From Thermoanaerobaculia bacterium (GTDB lineage: Bacteria > Acidobacteriota > Thermoanaerobaculia > Multivoradales > JAHEKO01), in the NCBI GenBank assembly GCA_947259725.1, contig CAMYNM010000020.1, positions 18,584 to 82,583 on the forward strand: 64,000 nucleotides of DNA, given 5' to 3'. The notes beneath the pieces were generated by a model, which had not been told where the DNA came from, did not search any database, and saw nothing but the letters and a program-made list of their open reading frames with translations. Numbering within the stretch: position 1 is the first letter of the stretch; each line of letters begins with the position of its first letter. This document shows positions 19,788 through 29,807 of this stretch, in pieces. Both the position numbers and the translations under genes were made by a program.

Positions 19788-20525
19788 ATGCCGACAAGGA
19801 ACTTCGCGCACAGCAACAACCCGGGTTTCTCCTGCGCCGAGCGCGTGCTGGTTCTGCCCTTCGGCCGGGAGTCGTACCTGCCGGCGATCGTCGAGCGTTT
19901 GAGCGGCCGGGCCGTGTCGATGGACGAGACTACCGATCGGATTGTCTATCGGCTCGAGGCGGGTGAGCGGCCGGTGACGCTGGTCTATACGGGGATGGGC
20001 GGTCCCGCGACCGCCAACGGTCTCGAGATGATCGCCGCCAACGGCGGGCGCCTCGTGGTTCTGTTCGGCGCCTGCGGAGGCGTGATCCCAAAAGTTGGGG
20101 TTGGCGACCTGATCGTCGCGGCCGACGCGGTGCGGGGCGAAGGTACGTCGCGCTACTACGCGGCGGAGGACGTACCGGCGGTGTGCGATCCGGACCTGTC
20201 CGAGGCGCTGTGGACCGCGGCGCGAGCGAGCGGCCACGAGTCGGTGCACCGGGGTCTGGTGTATACGACCGATGCCGGCTACCGCCAGGGCGCCGAGATA
20301 TACGACGGCCGCCACGGGCGGGTCCTGGGCGTCGAGTGCGAGTGTTCGGCGGCGGCGATCGTGGCTGGTGAGCTCGATCTGGCGCTGGGGACGATCCTTT
20401 TTGTGACCGACAATGTCACCCTCTCGGATCGCAACGATAGGCGCTACCGGGGTCTGGGAGACCCACGCGTGCGTGCCGGTTTCGAGGCGGGTCTCGGCGC
20501 CGCGGTCGCCGCACTGGGCGCCTAG
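19788..20525 (+). CDS. nucleoside phosphorylase, PNP/UDP family (MTA/SAH-nucleosidase- or uridine-phosphorylase-like)
   Basis: VYTGMGGPATANGLE..., GACGGVIPKVGVGDLIVA and ECECSAAAIVA are PNP_UDP_1-type motifs. Confidence 0.65.
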   Translation: MPTRNFAHSNNPGFSCAERVLVLPFGRESYLPAIVERLSGRAVSMDETTDRIVYRLEAGERPVTLVYTGMGGPATANGLEMIAANGGRLVVLFGACGGVIPKVGVGDLIVAADAVRGEGTSRYYAAEDVPAVCDPDLSEALWTAARASGHESVHRGLVYTTDAGYRQGAEIYDGRHGRVLGVECECSAAAIVAGELDLALGTILFVTDNVTLSDRNDRRYRGLGDPRVRAGFEAGLGAAVAALGA

Positions 20526-20700
20526 GAGCTTGCTGAAAAACGCTGGCAGGCCGCAACCCGAAGGGCGCCAAGGGGTTGCGGCGCATCTGCAGTGTTGCTC
20601 GTCGTCGGCGATGGCACCGCATCGACTCCTCCTCGCGCCTCGCATCTGCACCACAAGCCCTTGGCGCGCGACCCGCCAGGGTTCTTCAGCAAGGTGTGAC
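20526..20700 (+). promoter_or_regulatory. highly structured leader/intergenic element upstream of phnD: a perfect 9-bp-stem hairpin (20551-20581) nested inside a long imperfect inverted repeat (arms ~20529-20548 and ~20672-20693)
   Basis: Read directly. CCGCAACCC-n13-GGGTTGCGG. The outer arms CTTGCTGAAaaACGCTGGC and GCCAGGGTTCTTCAGCAAG are reverse complements. GCATCTGCA is repeated. Confidence 0.4.
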
Positions 20701-20761
20701 GATTGCGTGGCGGATGCGGCGCGGTGACCGGGGCAGGGTAGAGTAGCCCGGCGATACGATC

Positions 20762-22129
20762 ATGATCACATCCGGTCCCACCTGGCTTCCGCGACTCGGT
20801 TGGACGATCGCCGCGCTTGCGTTCGCGGTCTTCGTCTGGGGGCTCGATCGGCGCAGCGATCTCGAGGCCAAGGGCGACGAGGTGCTTCGGATGCTGTTCG
20901 TGCCGTCGGTCGAGCAGGGGACTCTGGTCGAACGAGCCGACGAGCTCGCCCGGTTCATTCGCCAGGACTCGGGATTGGTGCTGCAGACCGAAGTGCCGAC
21001 GAGCTACGCGGCTGTGATTCAGGCTCTCGGAGCCGAACAGGCGGACGTCGCCTGGATGCCTGCGTTCGCCTACGTGATCGCCCACGGGCGGTACGGGGCT
21101 GAGGCCCGTCTCCAGGTCGTGCGCAGCGCCGAGCGCGACGGCATCCTGGTAGGCCGGAGGGGTGCGGGCGAGCCGGCCGGGCCGGCCGACCTCGCCGGTC
21201 GCGGGGTCGCGATCCCGGAATCGGTGAAAGGCGAGATGCGGACCAAGCTCACCGCGATGCTCGATCGCGAAGCACCGGGATGGACCGAGGTCGCGGCCAA
21301 GAGCGACAAAGCGGCGGTTCGGCTCCTGGTCGAGAGGCCATTCGAGGTCGCCGCGGCGGCTTCGACGCACGTTTTCTCGGGCCCCTACGACCTCATCGGC
21401 GACGGCCGCAAGGAGCTCGAGTATGATTTGCCTGGTACCCTCGAGCGGACGCGGATCATCTACACCACCGACGAGCCGGTGCAGGATCTCGACACGGTCT
21501 ACCGCGGCTGCGTGCTGACGCGCACCGACTCCGGAATCCGGCGCCTGAGCGATCTGACCGGCCGGAGCTTTGCCTTCTCGGACGAGACCTCGACCTCGGG
21601 GCACATCTTTCCGCGCATGCTGCTCGATCGAAACCGCGTTCAGCTCGGGCGAGTCTATTTCGCAGGTGGACACCCCAACGTCGTGCAGGCCGTTTGGGAC
21701 GGGAAGGCGGTCGCCGGGTCGACCTTCTACTCGCCACCCGGCATCAAGCAACGCGAAGAGAAGCTATATGTCGGTGACGCGCGCTACATCATCATGCGTC
21801 GATTCGCGACCGACGAGGAGCGAAGCGATTTCTTGAAGACGGTGCGCATCATCGCGCTGACCGATCCGATTCCGAACGATCTGTGCGCAGTGCGCAAGGG
21901 GCTTCCCGAAGCGACCTGGGCGCGCTTTCTGGACTCATTTCGACGGTATCTCCAGACACCGGAGGGGTCGGACGTCTTCAACGAGCTGCTGACGGCGGTG
22001 AACGTGGCTGAGATCGACGACTCGGCATTCGACGGATTCCGAGCGGCTCTCGAAACGTCGGGTATGAGCGCCGAGGGCCTCATGGACGCGGCCGAGGAGA
22101 AGCTCGAGAAACAGAAACAGGGGTCGTAG
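20762..22129 (+). CDS. phnD: phosphonate/phosphite ABC transporter substrate-binding protein (PhnD family), membrane-anchored, with C-terminal extension
   Basis: N-terminal TM (LGWTIAALAFAVFVWGL). PhnD lobe motifs (ADVAWMPAFAYVIAH; GRSFAFSDETSTSGHIFPRMLL). Followed by phnC and phnE. Confidence 0.75.
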   Translation: MITSGPTWLPRLGWTIAALAFAVFVWGLDRRSDLEAKGDEVLRMLFVPSVEQGTLVERADELARFIRQDSGLVLQTEVPTSYAAVIQALGAEQADVAWMPAFAYVIAHGRYGAEARLQVVRSAERDGILVGRRGAGEPAGPADLAGRGVAIPESVKGEMRTKLTAMLDREAPGWTEVAAKSDKAAVRLLVERPFEVAAAASTHVFSGPYDLIGDGRKELEYDLPGTLERTRIIYTTDEPVQDLDTVYRGCVLTRTDSGIRRLSDLTGRSFAFSDETSTSGHIFPRMLLDRNRVQLGRVYFAGGHPNVVQAVWDGKAVAGSTFYSPPGIKQREEKLYVGDARYIIMRRFATDEERSDFLKTVRIIALTDPIPNDLCAVRKGLPEATWARFLDSFRRYLQTPEGSDVFNELLTAVNVAEIDDSAFDGFRAALETSGMSAEGLMDAAEEKLEKQKQGS

Positions 22130-22132
22130 CGC

Positions 22133-22933
22133 GTGCGTGGTAGCAACAACATCGCCGTTCGCATCGAGAATCTGACCAAGATTTTTCCGGGTCCGGTGCT
22201 GGCGCTGGACGATGTATCGCTCGAAGTGAACGAAGGCGAGTTCCTGGTCGCTATCGGCCTGTCGGGCTCCGGTAAGTCGACTCTCTTGCGGTGCATCAAC
22301 CGTCTGCACGATCCAACCCAGGGGCGAGTCTGGGTGTTCGGCAACGAGATGACCGGCGCTCAGGGGACCGAGCTGCGTAAGCTCCGGGCTCAGATCGGCA
22401 TGATTTTTCAGCAGTTCAATCTGGTCAAACGCCACACGGTGATGGCCAACGTGCTCTCGGGTGCGTTGGGTCGTACGTCGCTGGTTCGCAGCCTGACGAT
22501 GCGCTACTCGGAAGAGGAGGTCGCCCGCGCGCAGGCCTGCCTGGACCGCGTCGGGCTGGGCACCCGCGGCGGGAGCCGCGCCGACGCTCTCTCGGGCGGC
22601 CAGCAGCAACGGGTTGCCGTCGCGCGCGCCCTCATGCAGGGTCCCAAGTTGTTTCTGGCCGACGAGCCGGTAGCGTCGCTCGATCCGGCTCTGCGGCACT
22701 CGGTGATGCGCCACCTCGAGGCCTTGAATCGGGAAGAGGGGCTGACCGTGGTGTGCACGCTGCACGATATCGATCTCATCAAGCGCTACGCCACACGGCT
22801 GATCGCCTTGCGCGACGGCCGGCTGGTCTACGAAGGCGATCCCCAGGGCTTCAACGCGCAGACCTTCAAGGACATCTACGGCGAGGACGCCGAGCCGACG
22901 ACCGGTTTGTCTCAGACCGGGCAGGCCGGGTAG
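22133..22933 (+). CDS. phnC: phosphonate ABC transporter ATP-binding protein
   Basis: GTG start. Walker A GLSGSGKST, signature LSGGQQQRVAVARAL, Walker B LFLADEP. Confidence 0.85.
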   Translation: MRGSNNIAVRIENLTKIFPGPVLALDDVSLEVNEGEFLVAIGLSGSGKSTLLRCINRLHDPTQGRVWVFGNEMTGAQGTELRKLRAQIGMIFQQFNLVKRHTVMANVLSGALGRTSLVRSLTMRYSEEEVARAQACLDRVGLGTRGGSRADALSGGQQQRVAVARALMQGPKLFLADEPVASLDPALRHSVMRHLEALNREEGLTVVCTLHDIDLIKRYATRLIALRDGRLVYEGDPQGFNAQTFKDIYGEDAEPTTGLSQTGQAG

Positions 22934-22939
22934 AGCAGC

Positions 22940-24016
22940 ATGCGTAGAGAGACCGAAAAAGTGGCGTGGAAGAGGGGGCTGGCGGCGGTTCAGGCGTTTC
23001 TGATCGATGCCACTTTGCTCTGGCTCGGAATTCTGATGGTCGAGTTTCTGATGATCGCATTTTCCGGCCGGCGCAGCCCGACCGGTTTTCTGCTCCCCGC
23101 CGAGGAGATTCTGGATCTTCTCCACTACGGACGGGCGGTGATTGGAGCGGGCCTCGTTGCGCTGCTATGGGGGCGAGCTCGCGGCGACGTCACGGTCTCA
23201 GCCGGCCACGCGATGATCTACGGAGTCGACGACCAGGGGCCGCCGTGGACGCGAACGGTGCGTGGCTGGTTCGCGTTTCTCCTCGCCGAGGTCACCTTCT
23301 TCACCGGTTGGCTCATCACCGAGGTGCAGCTGGTCCAGTTCTTGACCCAGTTCAACAAGGCCCAAGACATTGTTCGCGGACTGGTCAACCCGTCGTCGGC
23401 GGTGCTCCACCAGGGCATGGTGCTGCTGGTCCAGACGATTTTTCTCGCGTTCATGGCGACCGCCTTCGCGATTCCGGTCGCCTTCGTGATTTCGTTCATG
23501 GCCGCCCGCAATCTGACCCGCGGGACCTTCTGGTCGCGTACGCTTTATACGCTCACCCGTACGGCGATGAACCTGACCCGGGCGGTCGAGCCCCTGGTCT
23601 GGGCGCTGATTTTCATTTCCTGGGTCGGTATCGGTCCGTTCGCTGGAGTTCTCGCCCTATGGGTGCACTCGGTCGCGGCGCTCACCAAGCTCTACTCCGA
23701 GCAGATCGAGAACATCGACACCGGACCGGTGGACGCGATCACCGCCACCGGCGGTTCGATGCTGCAGGTGATGCGCTATGGCGTCGTTCCCCAGGTGATC
23801 CCGCCGTTTCTGTCGTTCACCATCTACCGGTGGGACATCAATGTCCGGATGTCGACGATCATCGGCTTCGTCGGCGGCGGCGGTATCGGCTACATCCTGA
23901 AACCGAGGGTCGATCTCGGCCAGTGGGGCGAGGTCGGAACCCTGGTTCTGCTGATCGCGGTCACCGTCTGGGGCATGGACATCCTGTCCGCCAAGATCCG
24001 TGAGCGGATCGTATAG
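22940..24016 (+). CDS. phnE: phosphonate ABC transporter permease
   Basis: Polytopic. Contains the conserved EAA-like loop of PhnE-type permeases. Immediately downstream of phnC. Confidence 0.8.
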   Translation: MRRETEKVAWKRGLAAVQAFLIDATLLWLGILMVEFLMIAFSGRRSPTGFLLPAEEILDLLHYGRAVIGAGLVALLWGRARGDVTVSAGHAMIYGVDDQGPPWTRTVRGWFAFLLAEVTFFTGWLITEVQLVQFLTQFNKAQDIVRGLVNPSSAVLHQGMVLLVQTIFLAFMATAFAIPVAFVISFMAARNLTRGTFWSRTLYTLTRTAMNLTRAVEPLVWALIFISWVGIGPFAGVLALWVHSVAALTKLYSEQIENIDTGPVDAITATGGSMLQVMRYGVVPQVIPPFLSFTIYRWDINVRMSTIIGFVGGGGIGYILKPRVDLGQWGEVGTLVLLIAVTVWGMDILSAKIRERIV

Positions 24017-24116
24017 CCGGTGCGCAAGTAACTGCTTCCAAGAGCCTTACGGATTTCTGCCGGCCCGGCCCTGCGGTAGGATCCGGCCTGCGGTACGGAC
24101 CCAAGAGGAGCGAGTT

Positions 24117-24965
24117 ATGAGATGGCGGGGACAGAGAACCAGCACCAACGTAGAAGATCGCCGCCGGGGTGGCGGCGCCATGGTTCGCCGTGGCGCGCCG
24201 ATAGGATGTGGCGGCCTACTCGTGATCCTGCTGCTGTCCTGGATGTTCGGTCAGGATCCGCAGCAGATGGTCGAGGTGATTCAGGACGCCCAGGTCGGCC
24301 AGGGGATGCCGGCTCCCGGGCCGACGGAGGCCGGCCCGCCGCGGGACGAGCTGGGCCAGTTCGCTTCGGTCGTCCTGGCCGATACCGAGACGACTTGGAA
24401 CGAGCTTCTTGGAACCGGCTATCGCGAGCCGACCATGGTGCTTTTCTCCGGCCAGGTGCGATCCGCATGCGGCTTCAACACCGCCGCGGCCGGTCCGTTC
24501 TACTGCCCCGCGGACAGCAAGGTGTATCTGGACCTTAGCTTTTTCAATCAACTCGAGCGGCGGTTTGGAGCTCCGGGCGATTTCGCTCAGGCCTACGTCA
24601 TTGCCCACGAGGTCGGTCATCACATCCAGAATCAGATGGGTATCAGCGAGCAGGTGCAGCGCGCTCGCCAGCAGGTCTCCCGTGAGCAGGGCAACGAGCT
24701 CTCGGTTCGGCTCGAGCTTCAGGCCGATTGCCTGGCGGGCGTCTGGGGGCACCATGCCAAACGCCAGCGCAACCTGATCGAGCCGGGTGATTTCGAGGAA
24801 GGCCTCAAGGCTGCGGCCGCGATCGGCGACGACGCGATTCAGCGCCAGAGCACGGGCTCGGTGCGGCCGGAGTCATGGACCCACGGCTCGTCCGAGCAGC
24901 GCCAGCGCTGGCTCTACCGGGGCCTCGAGACCGGCGACCCCAGCGCCTGCGATACGTTCGGATAG
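24117..24965 (+). CDS. YpfJ-family neutral zinc metallopeptidase
   Basis: Internal ATG with an AAGAGGAG RBS. N-terminal TM. FYCPADSKVYLDLSFF and AHEVGHHIQN (HExxH), plus the conserved C-terminal region. Confidence 0.75.
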   Translation: MRWRGQRTSTNVEDRRRGGGAMVRRGAPIGCGGLLVILLLSWMFGQDPQQMVEVIQDAQVGQGMPAPGPTEAGPPRDELGQFASVVLADTETTWNELLGTGYREPTMVLFSGQVRSACGFNTAAAGPFYCPADSKVYLDLSFFNQLERRFGAPGDFAQAYVIAHEVGHHIQNQMGISEQVQRARQQVSREQGNELSVRLELQADCLAGVWGHHAKRQRNLIEPGDFEEGLKAAAAIGDDAIQRQSTGSVRPESWTHGSSEQRQRWLYRGLETGDPSACDTFG

Positions 24966-24968
24966 CCC

Positions 24969-26168
24969 CTAGCCCGGCAGCAGAAGGACTTCGCAGTCCT
25001 CGCCGGGCGCGGCCGGCTGCGAGCGGGCTCGCACCCGGACCAGGGCCGAGCCGTGTCCGTACGCGATGACGTCGTGGGAGCCCTTTGGTGGCCGTGGTGT
25101 CGCCAGGATCCGGCCCTCGCCGATCTCGATCGAAGCGGCGAGAAAACGATCTCGGTCTTTGGCGCCGGGCAGAGGCGCTGCGAGCTCCGCACGAAGAGCT
25201 CCGTGCCAGAACCCGTCCTCGAAGCCCATCAGCCGCCTCAAGAAGGGTCTGACGAAGAGCCAGAAGCAGACCATCGCCGAGGCCGGGTTGCCGGGCAGGC
25301 CGAAGACCCACCCCCGCTCGTGCCGCGCCGCCACCAGGGGCTTGCCTGGCTGGATCGCGACCGAGTCGAAGAGTGTTTCGCAGCCGTGGCTTGCGAGAAC
25401 ATCTTCGACCAGATCGAAGATGCCCTTCGAGACGCCGCCCGAGATCAAGAGCACCTCATGCTCGAGGCCTTTGGCGATCGAGCGCGAGAGGTCGGGAAGA
25501 TCGTCGCGAGCGATACCCAGGGCGCTGAAGTCGAGGTTGAGGGTTGTGCCGGCGGCGAGCAGAAAATCCGTGTGGGTGTCGCGGAGCTGCCCGGGCTCGA
25601 GGCGCTGCTCGGGAGGTCGGATCTCGTCACCGGTCGCGAGGGTTGCGACGCGGGGGGCCGAGTGCACCGCAAGCTCATGGACGCCGTGCGCGGCCAGCAG
25701 ACCGAGAACCGCCGGGTTGGTGGGTGTTCCGGCGGCCAGAATCTCGTCTCCCGACCGGACGACCTCGCCATGGCGCCGGATGTGGGCGCCTGATTCGGAG
25801 GCCGCCGTGAAGCGGACGATCTTGGAGCCCGCGTCGGTTTGTTCGACCGGGACGACCGCCTCGGTGCCCGACGGCACCGGCGCGCCGGTCATAATCCGGA
25901 CGGCGGTATGCGGTTCCAACCGGTGGCCGGGCCGATCCCCGGCCGCGATGGTGGCGGTCACCGGGAGAGTCTCGTCGGGCTCGACCGGGTCGGCGATGGC
26001 GTAGCCGTCCATCGCCGACATATCGCAGGGCGGCAGATCGACGTCGGCGTAGACGGCCTCCGCAAGAACGCGGCCCAAGGCCTGTCTGCGGGCGACAGGC
26101 TCGGATCGCAGCGGCACCAATCCCCGGGCGAGCCGGCGCCAGGCGTCTTCGGGAGAGAGGATCGGCAT
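24969..26168 (-). CDS. moeA: molybdopterin molybdotransferase
   Basis: SAMDGYAI..., GAPVP.G.EAVV, GLPGNPASAMV and ISGGVSKG motifs. Confidence 0.85.
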   Translation of the reverse strand: MPILSPEDAWRRLARGLVPLRSEPVARRQALGRVLAEAVYADVDLPPCDMSAMDGYAIADPVEPDETLPVTATIAAGDRPGHRLEPHTAVRIMTGAPVPSGTEAVVPVEQTDAGSKIVRFTAASESGAHIRRHGEVVRSGDEILAAGTPTNPAVLGLLAAHGVHELAVHSAPRVATLATGDEIRPPEQRLEPGQLRDTHTDFLLAAGTTLNLDFSALGIARDDLPDLSRSIAKGLEHEVLLISGGVSKGIFDLVEDVLASHGCETLFDSVAIQPGKPLVAARHERGWVFGLPGNPASAMVCFWLFVRPFLRRLMGFEDGFWHGALRAELAAPLPGAKDRDRFLAASIEIGEGRILATPRPPKGSHDVIAYGHGSALVRVRARSQPAAPGEDCEVLLLPG

Positions 26169-26192
26169 GATGGGAACGCTACCAGTGTCTGG

Positions 26193-26217
26193 CCTCGAAC
26201 CGGCCGCCGGTTCGAGG
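26193..26217. promoter_or_regulatory. 25-nt palindrome CCTCGAACCGGC-c-GCCGGTTCGAGG (perfect 12-bp arms) in the moeA / DUF4388-operon divergent region; operator-like
   Basis: Read directly. It overlaps the predicted moeA transcription start. Confidence 0.5.
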
Positions 26218-26221
26218 CGGT

Positions 26222-26250
26222 GCTATATTGAACGCACTATTCGACTTCAA
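26222..26250 (-). promoter_or_regulatory. sigma-70-like promoter candidate for moeA (TTGAAG-17-TATAGC on the minus strand)
   Basis: Minus-strand hexamers at 26245-26250 (-35) and 26222-26227 (-10), with a 17-nt spacer, ~55 nt upstream of the moeA ATG. Confidence 0.4.
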
Positions 26251-26279
26251 GAGCAGCCATTTTTGCAGATCCGTCAGCG

Positions 26280-27068
26280 ATGAATCGCAAGTTCGAGTAT
26301 CGAGCCAGTCTACGGGAAGTGACTCTTCCCGAGATGCTTTACACCATTCATCGGTTCAGGGTTCCCGGCGTCATCGAAGCCAGGCAGGACTCGGTCGTCA
26401 AGAAAGTTGTGCTCCAGGATGGCGTCATCGTGCACGCCACCTCGACGGACCTTCGGGACAGCCTCGGCGAGCACCTCAAGCGAACCGGCAAGCTTTCAGA
26501 GGCCGACTACGAGCATGTCGCCGGCGCACGGATGGCGGGAGAGAAGCGATTCGGAGTGCTCCTGCTCGAGCTCGGAATGCTCACGCCCCGCGAGGTCTAC
26601 GACGCGATTCAGGCTCATGTCGAGGAGATCGTCTGGAGCCTCTTCTACTGGCGGGACGGCGAAGTGACCTTCAATGTGGGCGAGAGCGAGGGCTTTCAGC
26701 GAGTGCGCATTCAGCTGCCGTTGCGAAGAGTCATCTTCGAGGGGATTCGAAGGGCCCCCGAGGCCAAGCCCCTGGTGGAGAGGCTCGGCAAGCGCTCGAC
26801 GGTGTTCGAAGCCTGCTTCCAGTGGGAAGACCTGATCGAGGTCGGGCTGGACGCAGATGCGTATCGGCTCTTGATCGAGGTGGACGCCGTCAGGTCACTC
26901 TACGACCTGTGCTCGCTCGAGCCGTTGAGCGCGGCCGAGAACGCCAAGCTCCTATATGCTTTTCAGGTATTGCATCTCGTACGGCGACGGGAGGTTGGCG
27001 CGTCTGCCGATGCCGGCCAGCCGGTCAAAGTGCAACTCAAGCCGCAAAACGATATCTTCCCTGGTTGA
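26280..27068 (+). CDS. DUF4388-domain protein with two GspE-N/MshEN-like motif repeats (possible cyclic-di-GMP binding)
   Basis: N-terminus ASLREVTLPEMLYTIHRFRVPGVIE is the DUF4388 pattern. It is followed by SLGEHLKRTGKLSEADYEHV and RFGVLLLELGMLTPREVYDAIQ, which resemble the RLGxxL..G.L....L..AL..Q repeats of T2SS-E N-terminal / MshEN domains. Confidence 0.6.
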   Translation: MNRKFEYRASLREVTLPEMLYTIHRFRVPGVIEARQDSVVKKVVLQDGVIVHATSTDLRDSLGEHLKRTGKLSEADYEHVAGARMAGEKRFGVLLLELGMLTPREVYDAIQAHVEEIVWSLFYWRDGEVTFNVGESEGFQRVRIQLPLRRVIFEGIRRAPEAKPLVERLGKRSTVFEACFQWEDLIEVGLDADAYRLLIEVDAVRSLYDLCSLEPLSAAENAKLLYAFQVLHLVRRREVGASADAGQPVKVQLKPQNDIFPG

Positions 27069-27095
27069 GAGCCCGGGCGGCTCGGAGTTTCATCT

Positions 27096-27434
27096 ATGCC
27101 GATTTTCGAGTACGAGTGCACCGACTGCGGCGAGCGAGTCGAGCATCTCCAGCTCAGCTCTGATGCTCCACTCGCCGAGTGCCCCGAGTGTGGGGGGGCG
27201 GTGCGCAAGCTCATGTCCGCGCCGGCCTTTCAGTTCAAGGGTACCGGCTGGTATGTGACCGACTATGCCGGCAAGGGCAAGCCGTCTTCCAATGGCGGCG
27301 GGTCGGCGAGCTCGAGCACCGACAAGAAGGCTGACAAGGAAGGGTCGAAGACGGCGAAGTCGAGTGATTCCGACGGGTCGAAGTCGGGATCGTCGAGCGT
27401 TTCGCCCGCCAAACCGTCCGCGACCTCCGATTGA
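27096..27434 (+). CDS. FmdB-family zinc-ribbon protein with Ser/Lys-rich low-complexity tail
   Basis: [19 protein letters not shown]...CPECGG (CxxC...CxxC). The tail is rich in S, K, G and D. Its stop overlaps the next start (TTGA). Confidence 0.75.
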   Translation: MPIFEYECTDCGERVEHLQLSSDAPLAECPECGGAVRKLMSAPAFQFKGTGWYVTDYAGKGKPSSNGGGSASSSTDKKADKEGSKTAKSSDSDGSKSGSSSVSPAKPSATSD

Positions 27435-28309
27435 CCTGGGGATTCGACGTGAGCCTGCCCACAGTTTCCGACGTCTTGAAGGAGGCGGAGCGGAGTGTGT
27501 GCGAAAGCGGAAGGGCGGCGCTTTGCCAGGTGGTGCGAACCGAGGGATCGAGTCCGGGCAAGGCCGGCTGGAAGCTTTTGGTGCGCCCGGACGGCTCGGC
27601 CTTCGGGAATCTGGGCGGCGGCGCTTTTGAGGCCCTGGTCAAGAGAGACGCCTTCGAGAAACTGGGCGAAGCCGGGCCCCGAGCCGAGGTCAAGCGGTAC
27701 TATCTGACCGAGACCGCCGTTCGGGGAGAAGCGACCGGGATGGTCTGTGGCGGCTTCGTGGAGGTTTTTCTGGAAGTTCTGTCGTCGAGGCCTTTGCTGG
27801 TGATCTGCGGGGGCGGCCCGGTTGGGCAGGCTCTGGCGCGTAACGCCGTGCTATGCGGATTCGAGGTCATGGTCGCCGACGATCGTGAGGAGTTCCGCCG
27901 GCCTGAGTTGTTCCCCGCGGGTACCGAGATCGCGGCGATCGATCTCCGCGACGATCGGCCGTTACTCGCGACCGCAGGGGATCGCGAGGTCTTCGCTGCC
28001 GTGGTGAGCCGCTGCTGGGAAACCGACCTGGCAGCCATGGCCTCGATTCTGACCGAGCCGCCGAGGCGGCTGGTTTACCTTGGCTTGATGGGGAGCGCGC
28101 GCAAGGTCAAACGCGTCCTCGGAGAGTTGCGCGATCGAGGCCTGAGCCCCGACCCGGCCGTGCTCCGCGCGCCCATCGGGCTCGAGATCGGGGCCGGCGA
28201 GCCCGGTGAGTTGGCGGTTTCCATCCTGGCCGAGATGATCCCGGTTCGACGGGCCGCTGCCGGCAAGGACGCGGCTCGAGAGATCGCCTCGAAGCGTCGC
28301 GCCGGCTGA
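27431..28309 (+). CDS. XdhC/CoxI-family molybdo-enzyme maturation factor
   Basis: TTG start overlapping the FmdB stop. [26 protein letters not shown]..., the Rossmann-like [15 protein letters not shown] and [20 protein letters not shown]. Confidence 0.7.
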   Translation: MTWGFDVSLPTVSDVLKEAERSVCESGRAALCQVVRTEGSSPGKAGWKLLVRPDGSAFGNLGGGAFEALVKRDAFEKLGEAGPRAEVKRYYLTETAVRGEATGMVCGGFVEVFLEVLSSRPLLVICGGGPVGQALARNAVLCGFEVMVADDREEFRRPELFPAGTEIAAIDLRDDRPLLATAGDREVFAAVVSRCWETDLAAMASILTEPPRRLVYLGLMGSARKVKRVLGELRDRGLSPDPAVLRAPIGLEIGAGEPGELAVSILAEMIPVRRAAAGKDAAREIASKRRAG

Positions 28310-28385
28310 TCGATTCGACGAGGAGCAGCGCCGCCCAGCGGGATGCAGTGTCGCTCGAATGTAAGCGAACCCGCCATACGGAAGG

Positions 28386-29801
<1,416 letters not shown>

Positions 29802-29807
29802 GGCTGT

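Noticed and set aside
20762-22129. PhnD as a tandem duplication of two binding domains
   Set aside because: The two halves correspond to the two lobes of a single PhnD fold plus terminal extensions, not to two complete domains.
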